Source of the DNA: a bacterium | GTDB taxonomy: Bacteria > RBG-13-61-14 > DATKZS01 | Assembly: GCA_963674965.2 (NCBI GenBank) | Contig: CAXXFL010000001.1 | Coordinates: 960,001-1,024,000, forward strand | Direction of reading: 5' to 3' | DNA: 64,000 bases | Shown here: positions 1-9,132 of the stretch, one piece after another | How the letters are laid out: each line of letters begins with the position of its first letter | Position numbering within the stretch: the first letter of the stretch is position 1 | Made by a program: the position numbers and the translations under genes | The notes under the pieces: generated by a model | Databases searched by the model: none | Told to the model about the DNA's origin: nothing | Seen by the model: only the letters and a program-made list of their open reading frames with translations

Positions 1-128
1 TCCCGAACGTTTCGAGCGGCCCGGCCGGGAAAGCCCAAGAATATCAAATTGACGCCATGATACGATCGCCTCGTTCTCGCGCGCAAAGCCTATTCCGATT
101 ATTCCGCCTGATGGATAATGCATCATCA

Positions 129-314
129 GAGCCTCTTGCAAAAGTCCCGCTTTGGAGTGCGGCGGCTCGACGCCGCTTTTCTTCCGAGCGGCTTGACGCG
201 AGGCTAGCCGTTTTCTTTTTAGGCCTTGTCAAGCCAAGGCCATCGAAAGCGGTCTCAAGCGAGAGCACTCTAAAGCGGCTATGCCGCCAAGAAAAGGACT
301 TTTACATGAAGCTC
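129..314. mobile_element. MITE/REPIN-like non-coding element, copy 1 (~186 bp)
   Basis: Imperfect 18-bp terminal inverted repeats GAGCCTCTTGCAAAAGTC (129-146) / GACTTTTACATGAAGCTC (297-314), nested internal inverted repeats, and a second diverged copy at 34768-34951. Confidence 0.75.
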
Positions 315-386
315 CGCGGTTAAAATATTTTGTTTTAAACCTATCATGCGCTTGTTTGCAGAGTAGATTACAGAAGGGAGAAGGAT

Positions 387-2501
387 ATGGACAGGAGAGG
401 TTTTATTAGGACCGGCGCGGCGGCGGCGGCCGTCTTGGCCGTTCCCGAGTGGGTGGCCGCTGCCATATCGGGACTCACCGAGTCGGAGATCGAAAGAAAG
501 GTCGTCCAGATAGTCGCGCAAATGACGCTGGATGAAAAGATTAAACAGATGGCCGGCCACGTGCCTTTAACCAACCTGGCCCAAAGAGTGCTTAATCCCA
601 AGTATCCCGACACCTGGAACACCCCGGAAAACGACCGGCTGGGCGTGCCGTCCATTAGAAGCATCGACGGGCCAAGAGGATGCGGGACCGGCAAGTCCAC
701 CGCCTTTCCCGCCGGCATGTGCCGAGGCGCCACCTGGGACGAAAAACTCGAGCAAAGGGTGGGAGAAGCCGCCGGGTACGAGTGCCGGGCCCAGACGGCC
801 AACCTGCTCCTTTCCCCCTGCGTCAACGTCCTGTGGCATCCCTCCTGGGGAAGGGCCCAGGAGACCTACGGCGAGGACCCCCACCACCTCGGCATAATGG
901 GCGCCGCCCACGTGACGGGAGCGCAAAAACACGTGATGGCCTGCCCCAAGCACTTCGCGGCCAACAACATCGAGGAATCGCGCTTCTCCGTGAACGCGGT
1001 AATGGACGAGCGAACGCTTCGCGAGATATATCTTCCTCATTTCAGGAAGTGCGTCGAGGCCGGAGCGGCTTCGGTCATGAGCGCCTATAACGATTTGAAC
1101 GGAGAGCTTTGCGGCCACAATGAGCATCTTTTACGGGACGTCCTAAAGGGCGACTGGGAGTTCGAGGGCTTCGTGGTAAGCGACTGGATCATGGCCGTGG
1201 AGGATGAGGTCGAGGCGGCCCTGGCCGGACTGGACCTCGAGATGCCCAGGGGAACTCATTTCGGAAGGAAACTCAAAAAGGCCGTCCTAAACGGAGAGGT
1301 ACCCGAGCAAGTCATCGACGAGGCGGTCAGCCGTATTCTCCGGATGAAGTTTCGGTTTATCAAGCCCGACTTCACCGAGGGCTACGACATGGGGATGGTG
1401 GGAGGCGAAAAGCACGCGGCCCTTGCCCGGGAGACCGCCGAAAAGGGCATAGTGCTTCTGAAAAACGACAATAAAGCTTTGCCTCTTCTGGGTGACGTAA
1501 AGACCCTGGCCGTCGGCGGCGGCCACGCCGCGAGGGTTGTCATGGGCGACAAGGGCAGCAGCGCCGTGAATCCGCCTTACGCGGTTTCCCCTCTCGAGGG
1601 TATCGAGTCCAAAGCCGGCGGCCGGGTGAAAATAATCAAGGCCGGCTCTTCTCCTTCCTCGGCGGCCTCGGCGGCCGGCAAAGCCGACGCCGCGGTGCTG
1701 TTCGTGGGCCTGGACTGGAAAGACGAGGGTGAGCATTTTCCCATAGTCGAGGTGGGGGGCGACCGGAAAGACCTCGGTCTTTCCAAGAAGGACGTGAAGC
1801 TTATAAAGTCCGTCGCGGCCTCGAGCGAGCGCTGCATAGTGGTGGTATACGGCGGCTCGGCCATTACCATGGAGGATTGGAAGGACGACGTTGACGCCAT
1901 CGTCATGGCCTGGTATCCGGGCATGGAGGGCGGCTCGGCCCTGGCCAACGTTCTCTTCGGGGACGTAAACCCCTCGGGCAAGCTGCCCATCGTGTTTCCC
2001 AAGTCCATGGACCAGCTTTATAAATTCGACAATAAGGCCAAAGAGGTTCATTACGACTATTATCACGGCTATCGGTACTTCGATAAAAATGGTCTCGAGC
2101 CCGCCTGGCCCTTCGGGTTCGGGAAGTCCTATACGACATACGAGTACTCGAACCTCAGGCTCTCCGAGGACGAGATCGGCTCGAGCGGCTCTATCAAGGC
2201 CAAGGTGGACGTGAAGAACGCGGGCGATATGGCCGGCGAGGAGATAGTCGAGCTTTACGTGGGATATCAAGGCTCCGAGGTCCATCGCCCGGTAAAAGAC
2301 CTGAAGGCCTTTGCCCGGGTTCGCCTCGAGCCGGGCCGCAAAGAGACGGTCGCGCTCGAGATACGGGCCCAGGACCTGGCCTATTACAGCGAGGAAGTAA
2401 ACGACTGGGTGGTCGAGGAAATCGAGTACGAAGTCATGGTCGGCCCGTCCTCAAAAGAAGAGGACCTTATTAAGGCCGGCTTTAAAATATTCGGGCCGTG
2501 A
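387..2501 (+). CDS. Glycoside hydrolase family 3 beta-glucosidase, Tat-exported, with C-terminal Fn3-like domain
   Basis: Twin-arginine signal MDRRGFIR; GH3 motifs DGPRG, GRAQETYGEDP, KHFAAN, VVSDW (nucleophile), FGFGKSYT; SD-like GAAGGA upstream. Confidence 0.93.
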   Translation: MDRRGFIRTGAAAAAVLAVPEWVAAAISGLTESEIERKVVQIVAQMTLDEKIKQMAGHVPLTNLAQRVLNPKYPDTWNTPENDRLGVPSIRSIDGPRGCGTGKSTAFPAGMCRGATWDEKLEQRVGEAAGYECRAQTANLLLSPCVNVLWHPSWGRAQETYGEDPHHLGIMGAAHVTGAQKHVMACPKHFAANNIEESRFSVNAVMDERTLREIYLPHFRKCVEAGAASVMSAYNDLNGELCGHNEHLLRDVLKGDWEFEGFVVSDWIMAVEDEVEAALAGLDLEMPRGTHFGRKLKKAVLNGEVPEQVIDEAVSRILRMKFRFIKPDFTEGYDMGMVGGEKHAALARETAEKGIVLLKNDNKALPLLGDVKTLAVGGGHAARVVMGDKGSSAVNPPYAVSPLEGIESKAGGRVKIIKAGSSPSSAASAAGKADAAVLFVGLDWKDEGEHFPIVEVGGDRKDLGLSKKDVKLIKSVAASSERCIVVVYGGSAITMEDWKDDVDAIVMAWYPGMEGGSALANVLFGDVNPSGKLPIVFPKSMDQLYKFDNKAKEVHYDYYHGYRYFDKNGLEPAWPFGFGKSYTTYEYSNLRLSEDEIGSSGSIKAKVDVKNAGDMAGEEIVELYVGYQGSEVHRPVKDLKAFARVRLEPGRKETVALEIRAQDLAYYSEEVNDWVVEEIEYEVMVGPSSKEEDLIKAGFKIFGP

Positions 2502-2598
2502 CGCCGACCTTATTCGGCCGTCGTCTTCACGGCTCGTCCGGATTTAATATCAGAGCAAACGACATAATAAGACGCCCGACGTCCGCGGGGAGAAAAAA

Positions 2599-4389
2599 AT
2601 GAAATACATCTTTAACGAGAAAAAAGCCGCGGCGTTCTTTTTATCCTGTTTCGCCGTCCTTTCCTTTGTGCTGCTTTTCGCGACCTGCGTTCGCGACAAA
2701 GCTCCCGAGGTTACGACCAGGGCCGAGTCGGTCCCACCCACCGAGTACCTCGAGGCTCACTGCGATGAAGTAGTCGGACCGCCCCGCGTCGAGAGGATAT
2801 CCGAGCACGTCTACGCCGCCATCGGCTACGACCTTGCCAACGTGGTGCTCATCCAAACCGACGACGGAAACGTCATCGTCGACGCGGCCATGAGCCCGGC
2901 CCGGGCCCGGCTGATTAAAAAAGCCCTCTACGCCGAGGTCCCCCAGGCCCCGGTCCGGGCCCTAATCTTTACCCACAGTCATATCGACCACGTGGGCGGG
3001 GCTTCCGAGTTCGTCGAGGAGGGAACCCAGATATGGGCCACGGCGCCCTTTACCGAGCACTTCCTCAAACAGTACGGCACTTTCGGCAAGGCCGAGACCA
3101 CGCGGGCCATGAGACAGTTCGGCCATCATATCGATAGTCAGTCCCTGCCCTGCAGCGCCCTCGGGGCCAGGATGGACATTGACGCGGCCCTCGAGGCCGG
3201 CGTCCGTCTTCCGACCAACGTCTTCTCCGGCGAAAAGGACCTCGAAATAGGAGGTCTGCGTATCGAGCTTCACGAGGGACACGGCGAGACCCACGACCAG
3301 TTGTTCGTGTGGATTCCCGAGGACCAGACGGTCATACCCGGCGATAACTTCTATTGGGCTTTCCCCAATTTGTACACGGTCCGGGGCTCGAGCCCGCGTC
3401 CGGTCAACGAATGGATCAAGGCGCTTGACAATATGCGCTCGAAGGACCCCGCCCATTTGATCGGCATGCATACCCGGCCCATCCACGGCAAGGAGGAGAT
3501 AGCCGAGGCGCTTCGCGATTACAGGGACGCCATCCAATGGGTGCGGGACGAGGTTATCAGAGCGGCCAACCGCGGCGAGGACATGAATTACATGCGTCAC
3601 CAGATCAAGCTTCCTCCCCACCTGGCCGATAAGCGATATCTGCACGAGCTTTACGGACAGGTCGACTGGTCGGCCGAGGCGATTTACACCAACAACCTGG
3701 GCTGGTTCGACGGCCGGGCCGACAAGCTGTACCAACTGGACGGCCGGGAAACGGCCCGCCGCGAGGTCGAGCTGATGGGCGGCGCGAGCGAGGTTTACGA
3801 CGTGGGCGCCAAGGCCCTGGCCGATGGAGACGCCAAGTGGGCCATCCATCTGTTTTCCAAGCTTATGGACTCGCGGCTGGCGGGAGAAGCGCTCGAGGAG
3901 AAAATCAAAGCCGATTTAAGCGAGGCCTACGAGCGGTTGGCCTCGGGCATCGACAACACCAATGGCAGGGCATACCTCCTCGAGTCGGCCCTCGAGCTTA
4001 GGCGGGGAAAGCTCGATCCCCAGTCGCCCCAGGCCAATGAGGCCATTATCGGGGCCATTCCCCTCGAGATGATCTTCGATATCATGCCCACCCGCCTGCG
4101 GGCCGAGGATGCCATGGACGTCCATGAAAGCGTCAGGTTTATCTTTCCCGACGAGGGCCGCCAGTTTACCGTGACCGTGCGGCGCGGCGTGGCCGAGGTT
4201 ATCGAGGGCGAGCCTTTGCCGGGAACGCCCGAGCCGGTCGCGGTCGTCACGGCCGACTCGAGAGCTTACCGCGAGGTGGCGCTGGGCAAGGTCAACTCGG
4301 CCTCCGTCTTTTTAAAGGGAGACATGAAGGTGAAGGGAAGCATCCCCAAGCTCCTTAAATTCCTGGACCTGTTCGAGACGGGCGCGTAG
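2599..4389 (+). CDS. Alkyl/aryl sulfatase (SdsA/BDS1 type: MBL fold, dimerisation domain, SCP2-like C-terminus)
   Basis: THSHIDHVGG metallo-beta-lactamase motif, GETHDQ, FPNLYTVRG, ELYGQV, GWFDG; C-terminal SCP2-like domain; hydrophobic N-terminus. Confidence 0.88.
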   Translation: MKYIFNEKKAAAFFLSCFAVLSFVLLFATCVRDKAPEVTTRAESVPPTEYLEAHCDEVVGPPRVERISEHVYAAIGYDLANVVLIQTDDGNVIVDAAMSPARARLIKKALYAEVPQAPVRALIFTHSHIDHVGGASEFVEEGTQIWATAPFTEHFLKQYGTFGKAETTRAMRQFGHHIDSQSLPCSALGARMDIDAALEAGVRLPTNVFSGEKDLEIGGLRIELHEGHGETHDQLFVWIPEDQTVIPGDNFYWAFPNLYTVRGSSPRPVNEWIKALDNMRSKDPAHLIGMHTRPIHGKEEIAEALRDYRDAIQWVRDEVIRAANRGEDMNYMRHQIKLPPHLADKRYLHELYGQVDWSAEAIYTNNLGWFDGRADKLYQLDGRETARREVELMGGASEVYDVGAKALADGDAKWAIHLFSKLMDSRLAGEALEEKIKADLSEAYERLASGIDNTNGRAYLLESALELRRGKLDPQSPQANEAIIGAIPLEMIFDIMPTRLRAEDAMDVHESVRFIFPDEGRQFTVTVRRGVAEVIEGEPLPGTPEPVAVVTADSRAYREVALGKVNSASVFLKGDMKVKGSIPKLLKFLDLFETGA

Positions 4390-4432
4390 GCTCCTTTTGC
4401 GAAAATCATGTTCCGACAAAAGGGAGAAGAAA

Positions 4433-5461
4433 ATGAAAGACCGGGATAAAATAGGCCTTGACGGGTGGTTCGAACTCGACAGAAGGACTTGCGTGAAAGC
4501 CGCGGCGGCCGGCGCGGGGGCGGCGGTCCTTTTCGCGAGGACAGGCCGCGCCAAGGCGGGCCCTTCCAGGCTGGGGGCCGTCGGCTCCGCCCGGGAGCTG
4601 GACCCGAACGGCGGTCTCCTGGTGGTCCTGCTCGGGACCGGTACCCCCATTCCCAATCCCGAGCGCGCCTGCGCCTCCACCCTGGTCGTGGCGGGCGACA
4701 AGGCTTTCCTGGTGGACGCCGGCCGGGGGTCTCTTACCAACTTCGCCGCCGCCGGCTTTCAGGACCACTTCATGACCCTCTTCACCCATTACCACTCCGA
4801 TCATTTCAGCGAGTTCGGTGAGTATATGGTGACGCGAACGATTTACGGCGCCGACTCGGTCATGCCCGTGATCGGGCCGGAGGGGGCCGGGCGCGTGATC
4901 GGCGGCCTGCTCAAGGCATACGAGCTTGACGACGGCTACCGCAAGGCCCACCACGGCGACAAGTGGAGCGACAAGGGCATGAAGGCGGATATCCAGGAAC
5001 GTGGCCCGGGCGTCGTTTACGACGACGGCGTCAAGGTGACCATGTTCGAGGTGGACCATACTCCAGTGGACCCGGCCGCGGGCTACAGGTTCGACTATAA
5101 TGGAAAGTCCGCGGTGGTGTCGGGCGACACCAGGTACGTTCCTCAAATGGCCGAGATGGCAAAGGGCGCCGATATCCTGGTCCATGAGGCCATCAATACG
5201 AAGATGATCGGGATGGGACAGAAAGCCGGCATGGCCGGCGACGAGCGCATGCTCGAGATGAGCCGCGAGATGACCGAGTACCACACGCCCACCGAGGAGG
5301 TCGCCGCCATCGCCAGGGACGCGGGAGTGGGCAAGCTGGTATTGACTCACATGGTCCCGGGACCGCCCCGGCCCATGGAGAAGCTCTTCACCGCCGGCAT
5401 GGGCAAAATCTACAAGGGCCCCATAATCGTGGGACGGGACGGGATGGAGATCAAAGCGTAA
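4433..5461 (+). CDS. RNase Z/AtsA-like MBL-fold hydrolase with Tat-like signal peptide
   Basis: LLGTGTP, LVDAGRG, THYHSDH, VSGDT, VHEA, HTP, LTHMVP; DRRTCVK plus Ala-rich signal; ATG at 4433 follows GGGAG. Confidence 0.85.
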   Translation: MKDRDKIGLDGWFELDRRTCVKAAAAGAGAAVLFARTGRAKAGPSRLGAVGSARELDPNGGLLVVLLGTGTPIPNPERACASTLVVAGDKAFLVDAGRGSLTNFAAAGFQDHFMTLFTHYHSDHFSEFGEYMVTRTIYGADSVMPVIGPEGAGRVIGGLLKAYELDDGYRKAHHGDKWSDKGMKADIQERGPGVVYDDGVKVTMFEVDHTPVDPAAGYRFDYNGKSAVVSGDTRYVPQMAEMAKGADILVHEAINTKMIGMGQKAGMAGDERMLEMSREMTEYHTPTEEVAAIARDAGVGKLVLTHMVPGPPRPMEKLFTAGMGKIYKGPIIVGRDGMEIKA

Positions 5462-5481
5462 GCTTCGTTAGTTCCGACCAC

Positions 5482-7083
5482 CTAAAATGGATTCACCTTG
5501 CTGATGGCCTTGCCCATGGGGGCCGTCATCCTGGCCCTGGCTTCCCGGACGCCCTCCAGCTTCGCGTAGCGGTTGTATCCGCCCGGTACCATCGACACGC
5601 CGTCTGAGCCGACCGCAAAGGATACAAAGCCGGGAAACTTCTTCTCCGTTGCGTCCTCCACCCGGAAGAAATAGGGGTCGTCGGCAAAAACCTGCACCAG
5701 GCGCTTGGCCTTTTTGGGGCCCGACCAGGTACCGTAAAGGTTAAGCTCTCCGTCTATTACCTCGACCTTGTACCGGCCCACGTTATACATGTAAAGGCGG
5801 GTGTTGGTCTTGAAGTCCGGCTGCTCCGGGCCATACAAACCCTCGAGCTCGGGCCAGACGGATTTGTCCGGCGTGACCTCGGGAGGCGGCGTATCGTCGA
5901 TATCGAGGGTCATCTTGAGAATTCCATACCCGATGTCCCTGGGCGCGTAAGCCTCGCTGTTGGAAAAGACATACACGCCGACCCGCTCGTCCGGCTCGAA
6001 GAGCATGATCGAGGTAAAGCCGAAGGGAATGCTGCCCGAGTGTCCGAAAATCTTGTGGCCCCAGAGGTCGTTGCCGAAGACGCGGAACCCGAAGCCGTAG
6101 CCCGACTGCCTCTCGTCCATGGTCCACTGCATGGAGGTCATCATCTCGAGGGTCTCGGGCTTTATCACGCGGCCGTGTTTGTTGGCGCCTTTGCCGAGGA
6201 TGGCCGATACGTAAAGGGAGAACTCCTCGATGGTGGTGTAGATATTGCCCGCCGGCGTGATCCCCGTCACCTTGTGCTTGTCGACCTTATACTCGTTCTT
6301 CCTGAATTTGTAGCCCGTGGCCAGGTCCTCCATGATACGATCATTATGATGGAAAGACGCCCGGCCCATGCCCAGGGGAAGGAAAACGTGCTTCTCCATG
6401 TACTGGTGGAAAGGCTCGCCCGAGGCCCCCTCGATGGCAAGGCCCAGAAAGCCGTAGCCATAGTTGCAGTAGGCCCAGTTCACGCCCGGGTCGATCTTGG
6501 TTTTCATGCCCAGCCTGAGCCAGTACTCGAGGTCCCGATAGTCGTCTCCTTTTATAAAGGCCCCCTGCCGGGGCATGAAAATCTGCCTGTAAGAGAGGAA
6601 CTCGCCGCCGCCCGAGGTATGGGTTAGAAGGTGACGGATGGTAACGGGTTTCGATTCCGGATGTGGCGGAAATATGAGCGGCCGCGGAAAGTAGTCGTTG
6701 GCGTCGCGGTCGAGGTCTATCTTGCCCCTCTCCCAAAGCTGCATTATGCCGATGGCCGTAAAGGACTTGGACATGGACCCTATCCGGAAGATGGTCTTCT
6801 CATCCACCGGTTTCTCGCTCTCGATGTCCGCCCAGCCCACGTAACCCTCGTATATTAAGGTGTCGCCTTTTACAACTCCCACCCCGAGGCCCGGGCTGTG
6901 AAGCTCGGCCGATTTTTGGACCGCGAACTCGGTGATCCGGGCCGCCAGGTCCTCGTCCATGCCCTGGACAACGTGCCTGGACGGGACCTTTGCATCCGCG
7001 AAAACGGACGCCGGCGCCAAAACGAGGGCCATGGCCAAAATAAAAAGAGTGGCCGGTAATAGACTGAACTTCCCGTTTTTCAT
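5482..7083 (-). CDS. Serine hydrolase, beta-lactamase class C/AmpC-like family, with signal peptide
   Basis: FRIGSMSK (SxxK), LLTHTSG, YCN (YxN), HSG triad; ATG at 7083 follows GGAGG. Confidence 0.88.
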   Translation of the reverse strand: MKNGKFSLLPATLFILAMALVLAPASVFADAKVPSRHVVQGMDEDLAARITEFAVQKSAELHSPGLGVGVVKGDTLIYEGYVGWADIESEKPVDEKTIFRIGSMSKSFTAIGIMQLWERGKIDLDRDANDYFPRPLIFPPHPESKPVTIRHLLTHTSGGGEFLSYRQIFMPRQGAFIKGDDYRDLEYWLRLGMKTKIDPGVNWAYCNYGYGFLGLAIEGASGEPFHQYMEKHVFLPLGMGRASFHHNDRIMEDLATGYKFRKNEYKVDKHKVTGITPAGNIYTTIEEFSLYVSAILGKGANKHGRVIKPETLEMMTSMQWTMDERQSGYGFGFRVFGNDLWGHKIFGHSGSIPFGFTSIMLFEPDERVGVYVFSNSEAYAPRDIGYGILKMTLDIDDTPPPEVTPDKSVWPELEGLYGPEQPDFKTNTRLYMYNVGRYKVEVIDGELNLYGTWSGPKKAKRLVQVFADDPYFFRVEDATEKKFPGFVSFAVGSDGVSMVPGGYNRYAKLEGVREARARMTAPMGKAISKVNPF

Positions 7084-7211
7084 GTTTTCCTCCACGCCGG
7101 GCCATAGGCCGGATGAAAATAACTTATTCCCCGCCTCCGCCTCTGTCAAACCTTCCCGCCTTCAAGGTATAATGGATGCATGACTAATCGTGAACATGGA
7201 GGGGGCGCCCG

Positions 7212-8426
7212 TTGAAGCTTCTGCTTATAGCCTGCGGCGTGATGTGGCGGGAGCTAAGCTACTTCGCGTCCATCTCTCCCCACTCGATCGACTATTGCTT
7301 CCTTCCCCAGGGACTCCACGTCGATCCCCGGGACCTCCGCCAAAAGGTACGGGCCGCCATATCCGAGGCCTCGGTAAAAGACTACGACGCGGTCCTGCTC
7401 GGCTACGGACTTTGCTCGGGCGGACTTTCAGGCGTCGAGGCGGGGAACATGAAGCTGGTCATACCCAAGGCCCATGACTGCATAACGCTTCTTCTCGGCG
7501 ACCGGGAAAAACACGCCCGGTTTACGTCGGAACGTCCCGAGGTTTACTGGTACAGTCCCGGCTGGATCGAGACCGGGACCCAGCCCGGTCTTGAGCGCCT
7601 CGAGAAGGCCCGCGCCTTTTACGAGGAAAAGTACGGCAAGGAAAACGGCCAGTACCTGATGGAGACCATGGAGAGCTGGATCGTCAACTACAAGACCGCC
7701 GCCTACGTCGATCTGGGCGTGGGCGAGCGGGAATCCGATATCGAGTTCACCAAAAAATGCGCCCTCGAGCTGGGCTGGTCTTTCCTGCGGGTACAGGGCG
7801 ATCCATCCCTCGTCCGGGACCTGGTCAACGGCGACTGGGATGAGCAAAGGTTTCTTGTCGTCGAGCCGGGCCGAGCCATCTTCGAGTCCTATGACTCGTC
7901 GATACTCAAGTCCCGTTCTTACTCTCCACCGGGGAACAAAAAAGAGGGTACGCTGAAGAGTGACCCGATCACACCCGACGACGAGCGTTTCATGAGGGAG
8001 GCGATCGCCGAGGCGAAAAAGGCGGGAGACAAGGGCGAGGTACCGATCGGCGCGGTGATCGTAAGCGGCCCGGATATTGTCGGGAGAGGACATAACCTGC
8101 GCGAGACCGAAAACGATCCCACGGCCCACGCCGAGATAGTGGCCCTTAAAAAAGCGGCGGAAAGGCTGCAAAGCTGGCGCGTATCTCCCGCCGCCTGCTA
8201 CGTCACGGCCGAGCCCTGTCCCATGTGCGCCGGGGCCCTGGTCAACGCCCGGGTGGACCGCCTGGTCTACGGATGCCCGGACCCCAAGGCCGGCGCCTGC
8301 GAGACCTTGTACCGCATACCACATGACCCCCGGCTGAACCATAAAATGGAAGTGGTCTCGGGAGCGCTGGGGGAGGAATGCGCCTTGCTGCTTCGAGATT
8401 TCTTTAAAAAACTTCGCCAAGACTGA
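7212..8426 (+). CDS. tadA: DUF1638-like domain fused to tRNA adenosine(34) deaminase
   Basis: C-terminal part has GEVPIGAV, HAE, EPCPMC and DPKAG TadA motifs. N-terminal part has IACGV, LH..P, GYGLC, HDCI and YSPGW, typical of DUF1638. Synteny with tRNA-Ser/ffs/dnaX. Confidence 0.85.
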   Translation: MKLLLIACGVMWRELSYFASISPHSIDYCFLPQGLHVDPRDLRQKVRAAISEASVKDYDAVLLGYGLCSGGLSGVEAGNMKLVIPKAHDCITLLLGDREKHARFTSERPEVYWYSPGWIETGTQPGLERLEKARAFYEEKYGKENGQYLMETMESWIVNYKTAAYVDLGVGERESDIEFTKKCALELGWSFLRVQGDPSLVRDLVNGDWDEQRFLVVEPGRAIFESYDSSILKSRSYSPPGNKKEGTLKSDPITPDDERFMREAIAEAKKAGDKGEVPIGAVIVSGPDIVGRGHNLRETENDPTAHAEIVALKKAAERLQSWRVSPAACYVTAEPCPMCAGALVNARVDRLVYGCPDPKAGACETLYRIPHDPRLNHKMEVVSGALGEECALLLRDFFKKLRQD

Positions 8427-8531
8427 ACGTACATAAAGAAGCGCCGCCGCCCGGGTCCAAAGACTTGCGCCTTCCGGTAAAACCTGTAAAATCAATCATG
8501 AGCAAGGCGCTCGCGAGAGCGTCTTTTGTTT

Positions 8532-8623
8532 GGAGAGGTGGCCGAGTCCGGTTTAAGGCGGCAGACTCGAAATCTGTTGTACCGCTTGCGGTACCGGGGG
8601 TTCGAATCCCTCCCTCTCCGCCA
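8532..8623 (+). tRNA. tRNA-Ser(CGA)
   Basis: GGAGAGG/CCTCTCC acceptor stem, anticodon arm GCAGA-CTCGAAA-TCTGT, long variable arm, GTTCGAATC T-loop, encoded CCA. Confidence 0.96.
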
Positions 8624-8752
8624 GATACCAGCGCCGGCAAAAGACCGGCTTTTCATCACGCGGCCCGCCTTGAATTGAACCGGTCCTCGTGTTTTAATAT
8701 TTTTTAGGGGGCGGTTTAATGCCGCCCTCTTTGATCCACCGCGGATCAGAGC

Positions 8753-8851
<99 letters not shown>

Positions 8852-8897
8852 TTTTGACGGCAATATAAAGAGTATGTCGTCCGGTTGAAACCGTGAC

Positions 8898-9029
8898 GAC
8901 GCGCGTCCCGGCGATAGTCGGGTCCCGCACAACCGCGACCCGCGAACTCCGCCAGGCCCGAGAGGGAGCAACGGTAGTGGGACTCGAGGTGTGATGCGGG
9001 TTAGCCCGGCTATCACCGGGGAGCGCGTC
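8898..9029 (+). ncRNA. ffs: Signal recognition particle RNA (4.5S-type)
   Basis: Conserved helix-8 core CCAGGCCC-GAGA-GGGAGCAAC; long closing stem GACGCGCGTCCCGGCGATAGTCGGG / CCCGGCTATCACCGGGGAGCGCGTC; located just upstream of dnaX. Ends are approximate. Confidence 0.9.
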
Positions 9030-9078
9030 TTCCAAGGAAGGCCGCGTCCCGCCATGTTCACGCTCCACTTGCTTCTTG

Positions 9079-9087
9079 TGATATAAT
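9079..9087 (+). promoter_or_regulatory. Extended -10 promoter (TGnTATAAT) upstream of dnaX
   Basis: TGATATAAT about 45 nt before the dnaX start. Confidence 0.55.
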
Positions 9088-9132
9088 CCGCACCGGCGCT
9101 GGGCGCCCGATTTCGATCGGCGAGGAGAATCA

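Noticed and set aside
44-268. Short minus-strand ORFs 44-268 and 34705-34953 sharing LSLETAFDGLGLTRP
   Set aside because: The shared peptide is simply the translation of the repeated non-coding element; starts and stops are not conserved between copies
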